A DNA stretch of 64,000 bases from Cyanophora paradoxa CCMP329 (lineage: Eukaryota > Plantae > Glaucophyta). A model generated the notes under the pieces. The model made no database searches, had not been told where the DNA came from, and was given only the letters and a program-made list of their open reading frames with translations. The position numbers and the translations under genes were made by a program. How positions within the stretch are numbered: position 1 is the stretch's first letter; the number at the start of each line of letters is the position of its first letter. Below are positions 53,176 through 64,000 of the stretch, piece after piece. The DNA is taken from NCBI GenBank assembly GCA_004431415.1, contig QPMI01000117.1, positions 186,001 to 250,000 of the forward strand, read 5' to 3'.

Positions 53176-53258
53176 CCGGATGTGCACTGTCCAACTGTCC
53201 AATCCACATGCATATGCACTGCACTGTACAATTGACTGCCTCGCGTACCCCTGCCTGA

Positions 53259-54860
53259 CTAGTAGTGGATGGTGTCCTTGCAAACTGGCCGCACGACGCC
53301 CTCCTCGCCCTTGGGGTACAGCTTCTTGACGAGCCTCCGCGAGAGCACGGCGGGGGGTACGGGCCCCGGACCGCCCTCCCTCCGCGCCAGCCGCTCGATC
53401 GCGACCTGGGAGGGGGGATGAGGAAGGGGGTACGGAGACGAATGGAGGAGGGGGGTACGTCGCACCACTGCCGCGGCGCGAAGGCTGCACTCGGCGAGCC
53501 CGCCGGCCTGGATCGATTCGCCGGCCTGCGCGTGCGTGAGCCGCGCGGGGGTACGACGGCGCCGGGGAAGGGGGGTGCGGGCCTGCAGGGCCTTCTGCAG
53601 GTCCGCGTCGACGATCTGCAGCACCCCCTCCCGCATGAGCACCGCCACGAGCTTGTCTGCAAAGGGGGTACGCGTACGCCGCGTCAGCGCGGGCGAGGGG
53701 TACGCGGGGCGGGGCGGGGCGCGGCGGGCGCGCCGTCGGCAAGGGCCGTGAAGCGGTCGACGTCGGCGGCGTCGAGCCGGAAGCAGGGGTCCCTGGCAGG
53801 CCCGCCCCGTCATCCAGCGCGGCGGAGGAACAGGAGCGGCGCCGGCGCACCGGTCGCCGACGTTGGCGGCGAGGTCGAGGACGGCCGCCTGGACCTTACG
53901 GTGGAGTGCCAGCCTGCGAGCCGCTGCTCGCCAAGGGGCGCGGAGGGGCGAAGTGGAAGAGAAGGCGGCCCCGCACGCCACGCGCCTGAGGCCGGCGACG
54001 TCGTACGAGTCGTCGGCGGCGGTCGGGAGGGCCTTCACGAGCTCCTCGACGAGGGCGGCGGCGATGGGCCCGCCCTGCCGCGTCGCCCGCGCCGCCGCGC
54101 CCCGCAGCAGAGCAGCGAAATCCGCGCACTGCCTCGCGCGCAGCTTCGCCCCGCACGACTCCATCACCTGCGCTCGCCGGTCGGGGCGGGAGCTTCGAGT
54201 TCGGAGGCGCGCGCCTGCAGGAGGCGGTCCGCGAAGCGGCGGACGCGGCTGTCGACGAGCGTCTTGATCGCCGCGTTGCCGTCCAGCGGCGCCTCCACGC
54301 GGAAGGGGATCTGGAAGTGCTGCTCCACGTCGTTCACGGAGACGCGCGCCAGCGTCTCCGCGTCCAACTTCGCCCCGCTGATCGTCATCGAGATGAGCCC
54401 GAAGAGCTGTGTGTGTGTGTGTGTGTGTGCGCGCGCGCGCGCCGTCAGCGCGGGCGGGAGCGCCCCGGAAGCGCGCGCGGCTCGGTGCGGACGGTGGAGT
54501 TTTTGGGCCCGCGCTTGCACGTCTGGTCGAGCTCGGGGCCCCACGAGGCGCCGAAGCTGATCAGGTTCTTGAGCACGTAGAAGTCAATCTCGGCGTCGAG
54601 CTGCGGGCCACGTTAGCGCGGCGTCAACGACCGCGCCAATGGCCGCGGCCGGGGAGGCGCACCCCGTCAAAGTTGAGCGGGAGTGGCGTGAGCTCCCACT
54701 TCGCGTGCGCCTCCTTCGCCGACCCGACCTCGCGCTCCCAGAGGGAGTCGAGCTTCTCCTCGTCGATGCGCACGAGCGCTTGGGCCTTCGGCGACGCCGC
54801 GAGCGCCTCGCACGACGCGCGGACGGCCTCCAGCACGGACGCCGGCGCCGCGCCCGCCAT
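53259..54860 (-). CDS. Divergent queuosine-salvage (DUF2419 / QNG1-like) protein
   Basis: VRASCEAL...VRIDEEKL; NLISFGASW (cf. LNFGSG); LHRKVQA (cf. FYKRAQ); FTALADDKL (cf. LTxFADY); GVL; ECSLRAAAV (cf. EVEIRA); C-terminus CKDTIHY* (cf. RTIFY*). Confidence 0.7.
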
Positions 54861-54918
54861 ATGCTTGTTTCGGATCGAGGCGCTCAGCTTGGGGGTACGC
54901 GTCGCGTCGCTTCAGCCG

Positions 54919-54990
54919 TGGCGCTCAACGTTGGCGCTCAACGTTGGGGTACACACCGTGGACCGAGGCGCTCAACGTTGGGGTACACAC
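54919..54990. repeat. Short repeats GGCGCTCAACGTTGG(GGTACACAC) upstream of the QNG1-like gene
   Basis: Three copies of GGCGCTCAACGTTGG, two of them followed by GGTACACAC. Confidence 0.7.
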
Positions 54991-55518
54991 TAGCTCGATT
55001 CAAGCCGTGACCAAATTTCGAGCCGCGGCTTGCTGCTGGGGCTCGCGCTCACTGAGTCAAGCCGCCGCGGCGCCGCGGCGCGGCACAGCGGCTTGCAATT
55101 GCTGAGCTGCGCTAGCGCTAGCTGCAGTCGGCGTCATTGCTTGTTGCAATCCCCTGCACTGCGGCAATCGCCCCACCCTAATTTAGTAACCCCGCCCTAT
55201 AGCTAGGCCGGCGCCTGCCGCGTGTGCAGCCGCGGAGCTGCAGCCGCCTGATCGCGATCGGCAACGGACGCCGTCGCCCCGTGCACGTGTGCACCCGCCC
55301 TTCGAATTCGAATTCCCTTGTCCCTCGAGCTCCGGATCCGGCCGCCCCCTCCGGATCCCCGGCACGGGGGGCGCGGGGGTCGCAGGGACGCCTCCTCCTC
55401 CCCCCACTTCCCCATCCCTACGCCCTGCGTCCCTGGATTGCAAGCGATCGCAAGTCACCGGGGGCCATGGCCAGTGCGTCCGCCGCCCCGGCCCCCGCCC
55501 GCCGCCCCTGTGGAGGGC

Positions 55519-55561
<43 letters not shown>

Positions 55562-55851
55562 GGCCGGGCAGAACTAGAGCAGGCGGAGCTCGAGACAGAA
55601 ACGGACAGAAATGTCAGCCCATTGTGAACAAGCTTGAGTCATTGGCAGCGGAATTCGAAGGCATCGCGCCCATGCTCAGCGGCTCGAGCGTCATGGCCGT
55701 GCGCATGCGTCCGTGGCCATGAGGGTCGTTGGAAGCCTTGAAGTGCATCCCGACAAGTACCGAACTTTCGAATTCGCTCAAGGTGGCGCTCAAATGACTG
55801 GATCCGGATCTAGATCTGGCGACATTGACTTGCAGGACTACAGCTGCACGG

Positions 55852-56788
55852 CTACTTGAGCTCGAAAGCGCTGCAGCTGGCGGCGAGGGCGAGGCTCATG
55901 CATTCGACGAAGATCCGGCGCCCCTCCCCGCAATCCGCGCCGGCACCGGCGCCGGCGCCCCCGGCCGCGGGCTCGGGCGGCCCCGGCAGGACCACCTGCG
56001 CATGCGCAGCGCGCGGTCGTCGGCTCGATGGCAAGCAAGCAGGGTGAGGCTGCAGGTACCACGTCGGAGCAGGTGTGGGCGCGCGGGAGGCGCGGGAAGC
56101 GCTCGAGGGCGGTCCGGTGCCGGATGGAGCCCTCCGCGACGGGCTCCCGCTTGACCCACGGCTTCACGTTGATCCGCCTGCAGAACGGGAATTAGACTTG
56201 GAAGATCAAAGCTCGAGGCGCCGTTGCCGCGACAGGCTAGAGATAGCGTGGAGGCCGCCGTGCACCCCATGAGCTCGCCGTCGAGAGGCACAGACGCCCG
56301 GCCTGTCGAATTCGAAGGAATGCAATAAACATCTATGGCCTAGACAGAAACGATCCACGGCCAATGAGTTAAACGCGCCTGCGAAATCTGCGAATCGCGT
56401 GGGGCTGATCTCGCCGCTCCGGAATGCCCCGAAGAGCCACTCCTCGAGGAGCTCCCGGTCCTGCGGGGGAAACAGGCGGCGTCAGATGGGCGAAGAGGCT
56501 GGGGCTCGACCCGCTTCTGCGAGCACACGCCTTCGGATAGTCCTTCCAGCCCTCATCGAATCGAAGCTGCGCGAACGGAGGGATCCCACCTGTCAGAGCG
56601 AGTCGAGGCGACGAGATATAAATCGAATTCAAAGACGCGATCACGTTGGAGATGAGAAGGTCGGCCGTCCACGGCTGGCCTGCGAGTCGCTCAGAGTTTG
56701 CTACGAGCCTTGCCTGTGCACGCGAGCAAGCTTAAGAAAGGGTCGAACTCGCACCTGCGACCAGTAAGTCGAGCTCCTCGGGGTACAC
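55852..56788 (-). CDS. Second copy of the HECT C-terminal module (7 exons, catalytic Cys retained, no ATG of its own)
   Basis: VYPEELDLLVA|ANSERLAGQPWTADLLISN|LRFDEGWKDYPK|DRELLEEWLFGAFRSGEISPTRFADFA|GRASVPLDGELMG|RINVKPW...RFPRLPRAHTCSDV|VVLPGPP...IFVECMSLALAASCSAFELK*. Intron positions match 57524-58401. Confidence 0.8.
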
Positions 56789-56899
56789 CTGTACACCTCG
56801 CTTAGCAATTCCTGGCCATGTGTGATGGGTTCGAATGCCAACGTTAACGAGCCTGGGCGAGGGCCTCGAAAACGTTGGGCCAGCCTTGCGCGGCCGCTC

Positions 56900-57290
56900 T
56901 CGCGCCCGCCGAGCCCCCGAAGACGCTCTGGAAGACGCTCTCCGATCATCGCGTGCCCCCAGATGATCGATCGAGGCGCCCCCGTCAGCGGCCCGACCCT
57001 CGACGGTACCCCCCTTCCCCGCCCCTCCCCTCCCCCCGAGAGCGTCTGGCAGGGGTACCCCTGCTGGTGCTGGCGTGCTCTCACGGGATGGGCCCCGCCG
57101 TCGTCCGCCGCATGCTCGAGCGCGGCGCCGGTGCGCGCCGTACCCCTGAGGCGCACCCGGCCCCCCCGGCTTCCTCTCTAACGCCGTGGCAGACGCGAAC
57201 GAGGGGGGCGGGCGGGGCGTGACGCCGCTCGCCGCGGCGGCCGCGCGCGCCGCCGAGGGGGACCCCTTCCACCAGACCGAGGCGGGCAAC
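56900..57290 (+). pseudogene. Spliced ankyrin-repeat gene fragment
   Basis: Exons give GVPLLVLACSHGMGPAVVRRMLERGA|DANEGGGRGVTPLAAAARAA with GT-AG introns. No start or stop context is visible. Confidence 0.65.
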
Positions 57291-57523
57291 CCCGGCTCCT
57301 TTTCCCCCCGCAACTCTCAACTCTGCACCCCGGAGACGGAGGCGGGGTGGTGGCGGAAGATTTTTTACTGTGTCGAATATAGTCGCCACGGACAATGTAG
57401 GGAGGGAGAGAGGGTGCTCTCAATGTAGAGAAGGTAAAGATCAAGAGTCGGCGAGATGCTACGGTCTAGATCTCTTTACCGCTCTACGGCTCTCGGTCCT
57501 ACAGCGCGTAAACGTACTCGAGG

Positions 57524-60500
57524 CTATTTGAGTTCGAAAGAGTTCGCCGCCAGCGCCATGTTCATGCAGTTGACGAAGACCTGGCGTCGCTCCTCGAGCT
57601 CGACGCCGCCGGACTCGGGTCCCGCGGCCGGCGGTCCCGGCATGTCGATCTGCGCGGCCCCGGCGCCGGCGCGGGCCCCCGTGGTCATGGTCGGCACTTA
57701 CAAGGCGGAGCGCAGCAGCCCGGGGCGATTTTACCTCGTAGAAACAGGTGTGGGCCACGGGTAAGCGAGGGAATCGGCTGAGGACGTTCTTGCGCTTCCT
57801 TTCGAAGCACGGTTTGATGTTGATCGATTGTCTTTATCGTGGACATTAATGAGGAGGCGACAACACGATGAATGAATGAGCTAATGCGCACGTCACGAGC
57901 TCGCCGTCGAGGGGTACCGACGCCCGGCCTGTACAACAGCTTCCTTAGAACGACGACTCTCCATTTGATCGTGAGTTCTCTGGTCCAAACGCACCGGCAA
58001 ACTCGGCGAAGCGTGCGGGGCTGATCGCGCCGCTCCGGAACGCCTCAAAAAGCCACTGCTCGAGGAGCTCGCGGTCCTGCACGGTCTCCACGGAGTCAGT
58101 CGACCGCAGCGCCCGGAAGGTGTAAGCTCGGGGCGGGGGCTGCGGCGACTGCGCGCCTTTGAATAGTCCTTCGAATTCCAGCCGTCGTCGAATCGGAGCT
58201 ACGAGAAAACGGGGAAGCGCGCACATTAAAACCGCACTGCAGCTGGAAAATTAGAGATGAAAAGAGAAGAAAGCAATACGTTTGAAATGAGAAGTTCCGC
58301 CGACCAAGGCTGGCCTGCGAGACGTTGATGGTTAGCTCGCGAGCGAGCAAGTATTGAAGGGTTGAACCTGCGACCAGCAAGGCGAGCTCCTCTGGGTACA
58401 CCTGCTCGAAATTAATATTAAAGATGGTGAACATTTGAACATGCGCATGTCGAACTCCGCTCTAGCGGACCTGCGCGAGAGCTTCGCACATATTCCGCGA
58501 ATTCTGCGTGGCCCCCTTTCGCTTGCCGCCTGCTGCGCCCCCGAAAACGCTCTGGAATCCCTCCTGCAACGCATGGATCAGAATTCGACTGTTCCCGCTT
58601 CCAATTGTTTGTGCGTGCGTGCGCACCCGCATGGCGCCGATGTGTGGGCGCCGGGAGTCGATGCACTGCCACTGGGCGGCCCGCTTGATCAGCCGATCCG
58701 CATTTTCCTGCGTCAGCTGCGCGAGGCGAATAAGCCATTGCAAGCCCGTTTTGATGTTCTATCAGAGAGTGCGGTGCATCAGAGATCTAGAACGGGAAGC
58801 ACGCACGTCGAGGTCCGGGTCTCCCTCTACAACGCCAGGAGCGCCCTGCAAGAAACCTTCCATCGGGATCACTGTGTCCTTCCCTTCCGCGGCGAGCTGT
58901 GATCGGTTTCAGCCGAGAGAACGAGAATTGCACCCGTGATTAATATTGGAGCCTATGAACCGCGATTGCACCTGAAAAGGATCGGACAGGATAGTATAGA
59001 GCGTCTTGTGGACTTGCTGCACGCGCCCACCGTCAGAAGTCGGAAAACATAGGAATGCCAGAACGAACAACCGAAACTAAATAAAAGCTCTCACCGGGTC
59101 GAGGAACGGCTCCCAGAGCGCCAGCGCCTCGGCGGCGGTGCACGCGGCTGGCTCGAGCCCCGCGAGCAGAGGAACAAGAGGCACGAGGGAGGGCGGGAGC
59201 GGGTCCACCCCATCAGTGTCGAGAAGGCGCGTGGCGAGCGCTGAGTGTGCCCCGACCCCGCGTCAGAAACGTCGCAGCAAAACCGCTTTCTGGCAACATG
59301 CAACCGACCTCGGCCCAGCATCAGGCCCATGAAGTGGAATTTGGCGTGCAGACCAGAACCGAAATCTTCTGTGCACAGTTTAATTCGAGCTCAAGATTGC
59401 ACGATATAGATGGGATATATAGCTGTCACCATCATTTGCGTCGATGCCGCGATCGACGATTACAATTGCGGTCGATGCGGCATGCGGTCCAGGAGCCCCT
59501 GCCTCGACACGGGCCCGTTTGCCCGGTGGCTCCTCAGCTGGCCATGGGTTTTCGACTAAACTGCGCGTTTGCGTACATGCCACGGTGAATGGCTGTTCAT
59601 GAGGCGATGCAATCGCGAGGGACGACAGCCTGCTGGATTTACGGTGAATGCACCTCGAGCTTGAAGTTGAGGCGATTGGGAGGCTGCCGCGCCCCGACGA
59701 GCGCCGGCAGAGGAGTAGGGGCGCATCTGCAGCGGGCCCCGCACGCAAAGTCTCCATGTCCGAGAAAAACTGCGACGATTATGGTTGAGTCCAAGCACCG
59801 GTACGATGTAATAGTAATGAAGCAGTGAGGCAGCACCAGGCGGAAGAACTCTCGCGACAGGCCGCTGAGGTCTTTTCCGAGCTCGCCAACAAAAACGATC
59901 TCGAGGGCGTACGAGAACGCATCCGAGAGCTGCTGCTGCTCACGCTTCTGCGCCCCTTTGTAGGCGGAAAAGGCCGAGTTGAAGGAAGCGGATGGGTTCT
60001 CCTCCGTCGATCTGCCGACCTGCAAGAATTTTGAAATTTGCATGAACATTTCGATGAAATTTATATTAATTAAATCGACACGAAAGACATGCATTTTGAT
60101 CATGAAACACCAGCGCACCTTCAACTTGACTGGCTTTTGTTTGGATGACTTGAGTGTATTAAGCGCGCGTGTCCGTTCCTGTTCAAAGAATAATCTAAGA
60201 AGAATCGCCCTGTATACGTGACCGGCGCAGTCAGCGAAATATGCTCAGACGCATGATTGGCGAAGCTAAATTAAAAAGCTCAGACGACGAATTCATAGCT
60301 TCAGCTTCAATTGCAAGCTAAAAGCAACTCGAACTCACTGGCGATCTCGAAAAGCACGAAGTTTCTCGTGTAGAGGCTTTTGGGCTTGCTCGCGCTTGTA
60401 AGCGTCCTCCTATGAGAAATGACGTGCACGAGTAAGCTGAAAGAAGAAGAGGATTCGAGAGGCGAGCCTACCTCCACTTCAGCGATCTGACAGGCCATCG

Positions 60501-62790
60501 CCCTCTTCTCTTCTTCCACTTTGGCGAATGCCTGTTCGGCCTTGCTCCGGGCCAGCTGTGCCGCGTTCAGGTCCGCCTGCAGCTTCTTCGCCGGGGCCGA
60601 CTGCCGCTTCGGTCCTTCGGACGAAGCCTGCGCCTGCCAGAGCGTGGATGCGTGAGTGATCGAAAACAGCGGAGAAGGCGCCGCGGAGGAGAGGGCGCGG
60701 GCACGTGCGGGCGGACCTGCTGCTCGAAGGTCTCCTGCACGACCCGCTCGGCCTCGGCGAGCTGCGCCCTCAGCCGCTCCGCCTCCGCCCGCGCCGCATC
60801 GCGCTCCTCCACCGCCTTCTTGAACTTGGCGCCAGCTTTCTTGATGTTGCGGATTGCGTCCTCCCGCTCCTATTCACAGATCAGCGACGCAAGTATTGTT
60901 CACGATCAACGGTTGAAATTTGTGATCATGACAATCCCAGCTCGCGACGCGGCTTTAATTTTACATAAAAGAGAAATGCACCTTGTTCACTGCGTTCTTG
61001 TGCGCCTCAGTCTCTTTTTCCGCCTTGTGCAGGCGCTCCAACGCCTGAAGTTCTTCGCGTTCATATGAAAGCATGCGCTGATGCAAACGTTAACGCGGAA
61101 AGAAATTACCTTCATCGCTGCGTTCTTGTGCATCTCAGCCTCCTTCGCGGCCTTGTGAGAGTCTTTTAGTGCCTTGCTCCGTTCCTCGTGTGCCTGAAAA
61201 CGAGCTCGTCTGAAAAGAGCAGAGCGCTGAATCGATATGTATATCTCAATTTGAATGCACCTGTATCGCGGCTTTCTTGTGCTTCTCGGCTTCTCTCTCG
61301 GCCTTCTGCTGGCGCTCGACGGCCCGGCGCATTTCTTTGTTCGTTTCTTCCCACCGCTCGACAGCCTGCTCGCGCGCGCGCTCAGCACTTTTTGGTGCCT
61401 CGAGCGCCTTCTCCTTCTCCTGGACTGCTTTCTCGAGCTGAATGGCCAGGCTTGCGATCTGCTGGTCCTTCTGCGCGCCAGCCGCCGCCCGCTGCCGCAC
61501 GCTGCTCACGAGCTGCTCTGTGAGGCGTTCGACGTCAGCACGGGACTCTGCGAGCTCCGCCGTCACGCGCTGCAGCTGCTCTCGATCGTGATCGGTTGAC
61601 GTCCTCGAGTTCCGTCCTTCTTGCACCCCATCCTCCTTGGCTTGCAATTGCAATTGTCTAATGAGTACCTCTTGGCTCTGGCATCGCCTCGCGAAGAGTT
61701 CTTTCTCCTAGGGATACTCAAGTTAGTTGCGATATTGGTCCATACAAGAGGCCAGTGAAACCCGCGCTGGTCACGACCAACGTGATGTTTATAAGTGCAC
61801 CTTAACAGCGTGATCGACTTGGGTCCGAAGCTTTTCAGCGTCCTCCGAATAATCGCCCAGGAGGATGTCTTTCCCCTGATTATGAGATGATTAATTAATA
61901 TGAAGCGCAAACATCATGATCGTTCAGCAACGGGATCATGAAGAAATTGTTGTAGCTACCTTCACATCCGTTTCGGCAACCCGAAGTCTTTCCTGGAGAT
62001 CAATGTTGTCTTGCGTGATCTATACGCGCATATAGATCGAGTCAGTGAACAAGTTTCACTTTAGATTCAAATACAAGCTATTAAGCTGCACCCTCTCAAG
62101 ATCTTTTTCGAGCCTGGCTGCGCGCTTTTCAAGAATGTTTGGAAATTTGAAAGCCGCGCGTCGCTTGGCCGGCTCAAGAACTCTCCTACAATCACCCGCG
62201 GCCGGCGCGCCGGCAAGATCTGATGGCGCGGACCCTGCTCCGGTATCTCCTGACGACCTGATCTGCGCGAAAGGTCGCTTTCGGGAGATGCTAACCGCCA
62301 CTTTAAGTTTCGACGAATTGCAGACCTCGAGCTCTTTTTCATGATCGGCCTGTAAAGGCTTTTGAGGACCTAGGCCTGACCCCTCCGTTAGAATGGCGCC
62401 TCGAGCTCGCGCAAGCGCATCAGAAGGAAATTGGTATTGCCTATGCGACAAATTACAGTTGCAGTTTAGACTTGTAAATGAATACCTGAACTAGCCCTTG
62501 TAGTACTTGCACCAGCGCACGTGTACGCATCAGTAGGATCGTGGACATTCCTGATTTCGAAACTGGACGTCGATATGTACAAAATTAGAAGTCGAAAAGT
62601 AAAGTGCTGTCTATGCATCCGATTGCAACAGATCAAAGTTTCCGACCTGATAGGGGTGGCAAGTGATAGGACGCCCCTGTCATCATCATAACGAGCTTGT
62701 TTATCCTTGGAGTCTGAAGCTTTTTCGCGATCAATCGCATAGTCTCCGCTGCCACCAAGAAACGATCCATGGCCACTCTCTGTCACCGTA
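57524..62790 (-). CDS. Coiled-coil plus HECT E3 ubiquitin ligase (5' end uncertain)
   Basis: HECT N-lobe LEIVFVGELGKDLSGLSREFFRLVL; IHALQEGFQSVF; YPEELALLVA; catalytic RLPVAHTCFYE|IDMP; ends MALAANSFELK* (stop at 57524-57526). Long heptad exons at 60300-61650. Confidence 0.8.
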
Positions 62791-63294
62791 CGTTGTTAGA
62801 GCTGGGGACTTGATAAAAGAGCCACTGACTTGCCGCGCGCGTCAGTTGGGTCCGGGGAAGGGAATTTAATCATGTGAACGGGACTGTTGCACTGCAGTGG
62901 CTTGGCATTCACAGCGCGCACAAGACTCGCACAAAATGGGCGGGGGGGCTGCAGTTTGGCAGCCCCGTGCGGGACTGCACTGTCACTGCACGGCCTTGTA
63001 CTTCTTACCGCCCTTGGTGTCCCCGCCCCCACGGCCGTCGCGCGCGTGAGGCCCTGAGGCGCGGCGGCCGCGGGAGCACGGGTGCGCGTGTGCGCGGGTG
63101 TGCGGCTTGCAATTGCCTAGAGCCTCGGAGGCTGGCCTCGAGCTCCGCGCGCGCGCGATCTGCATGCGCGGGCAAGCCTGGGCGCGGGCGCAGGGACACT
63201 GCTCGAGCTCATGATCGATATCACGCTCCGCTCATGATCATGATCAGAAAGCGGCCGGCGCCGGCGGCGGCTGCGCAGCGCTAGCGGGCCAGCT

Positions 63295-63770
63295 CAGCGG
63301 CTAGTGCGACCGGCTTAAGCTTGTGGCCCGCTCGCGCGCGGTTGGAGCGGCTGTGGCGCGCGCGGCGCCGGCTAGCGTCATGATCAGCGCTAGCAGATCT
63401 AGATCTAGCTATAGACTGCCGCGCGCGCGAGAGGCGTGACAGTTCAGATCATCGGCGCGAGAGCGTTGCAATTGAGAGCGCTATCCGATCATCGGATCGC
63501 GAGCTGAAGAGGAAGCGGCCGGATCCCGGCCTGCGTTGCGTCGACGTCGCGCGAGAGGCGTGACAGTTGAAGCCGCGGCCGGCGCAGAGCTGAATTTAAG
63601 AGGAATGCGAGTGCGCTAGTGCGACTGGCTTGTGGCCGAGCTCGGGTGCGTTGACCGTGCACGTGTCGAACCGAGCCGAGCTGTGGCGTGCGCGGCTGGC
63701 GCGCGCGGATAGCGATAGCTGCAGCAGAGTGCAGTTGAGCGCTATCCGATCATCGGATCGCGAGCTGTGC
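63295..63770. repeat. Shuffled local duplications in palindrome-rich DNA
   Basis: GCGCGAGAGGCGTGACAGTT (~63425, ~63549), CTAGTGCGAC.GGCTT (~63301, ~63616), GAGCGCTATCCGATCATCGGATCGCGAGCTG (~63476, ~63737). Confidence 0.7.
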
Positions 63771-64000
63771 GGGGGGGGGGGAAGTGGTAGGGGGGGTCCG
63801 TAAACAGACTTTTGCAGGGTAAGTTAACGCACTCTCCAATGTGATTGGCTAGCGCGCGCGGCTTCCCTCCACGCGACCGCGCTCGCGTCTGGCCTCGCTC
63901 TCGCAGAACGAAATGTCGAGCATGATGCAAGCATCGACCTCGAACTGGTTTGGCCCTTATACCTGCTCCCTGTGCCTCGCTGGACCCCTTTTTGTCCCGG

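Noticed and set aside
55380-55800. Possible + strand gene or Harbinger transposase fragment (PYALRPWI)
   Set aside because: The resemblance is limited to a few residues, with no DDE context or coherent exon chain.
63770-63830. Second CACTA end (GGGGGGGGAAGTG resembles the TIR)
   Set aside because: It lacks the CACTA terminus and subterminal repeats, and has no partner TIR in the window.

Overview
GC-rich, very intron-dense eukaryotic nuclear DNA, not prokaryotic. The six-frame ORF track mostly reports spurious GC-rich ORFs or single exons. A plastid-type ABC1 kinase with a Phe-containing transit-peptide-like N-terminus ([11 protein letters not shown]...RRSTFFG) points to a photosynthetic protist; a glaucophyte such as Cyanophora is my guess, by inference only. 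Layout: (1) 1-12036 is a non-coding element with split direct repeats (A...B-A-spacer-B, the TOC1/PAT-like tyrosine-recombinase retrotransposon layout) carrying a ~300-bp x4 array and a ~139-bp x~50 array. (2) 12037-13620 is a minus-strand gene of unknown function, interrupted by a 1132-bp CACTA element (TSD ATT) and cut off by the element in (1). (3) A Kelch plus coiled-coil gene (-) sits head-to-head with a ~15.7-kb VPS13-family gene (+). (4) A palindrome-rich intergenic zone holds MITEs and footprint-like motifs. (5) A PAS/LOV-like hybrid histidine kinase (+). (6) ABC1K7/8-like (-) is head-to-head with BCS1 (+), which is tail-to-tail with a divergent QNG1/DUF2419 gene (-). (7) A coiled-coil HECT E3 ligase (-) is followed by a second intact 7-exon HECT C-terminal module, with an antisense ankyrin fragment between the two. 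Window-wide oddities are frequent GC-AG introns, introns with C-rich 5' and G-rich 3' halves, copies of exon-end/donor sequence inside introns, and GGGGTAC enrichment. Gene models were assembled by eye, so internal exon boundaries are approximate.
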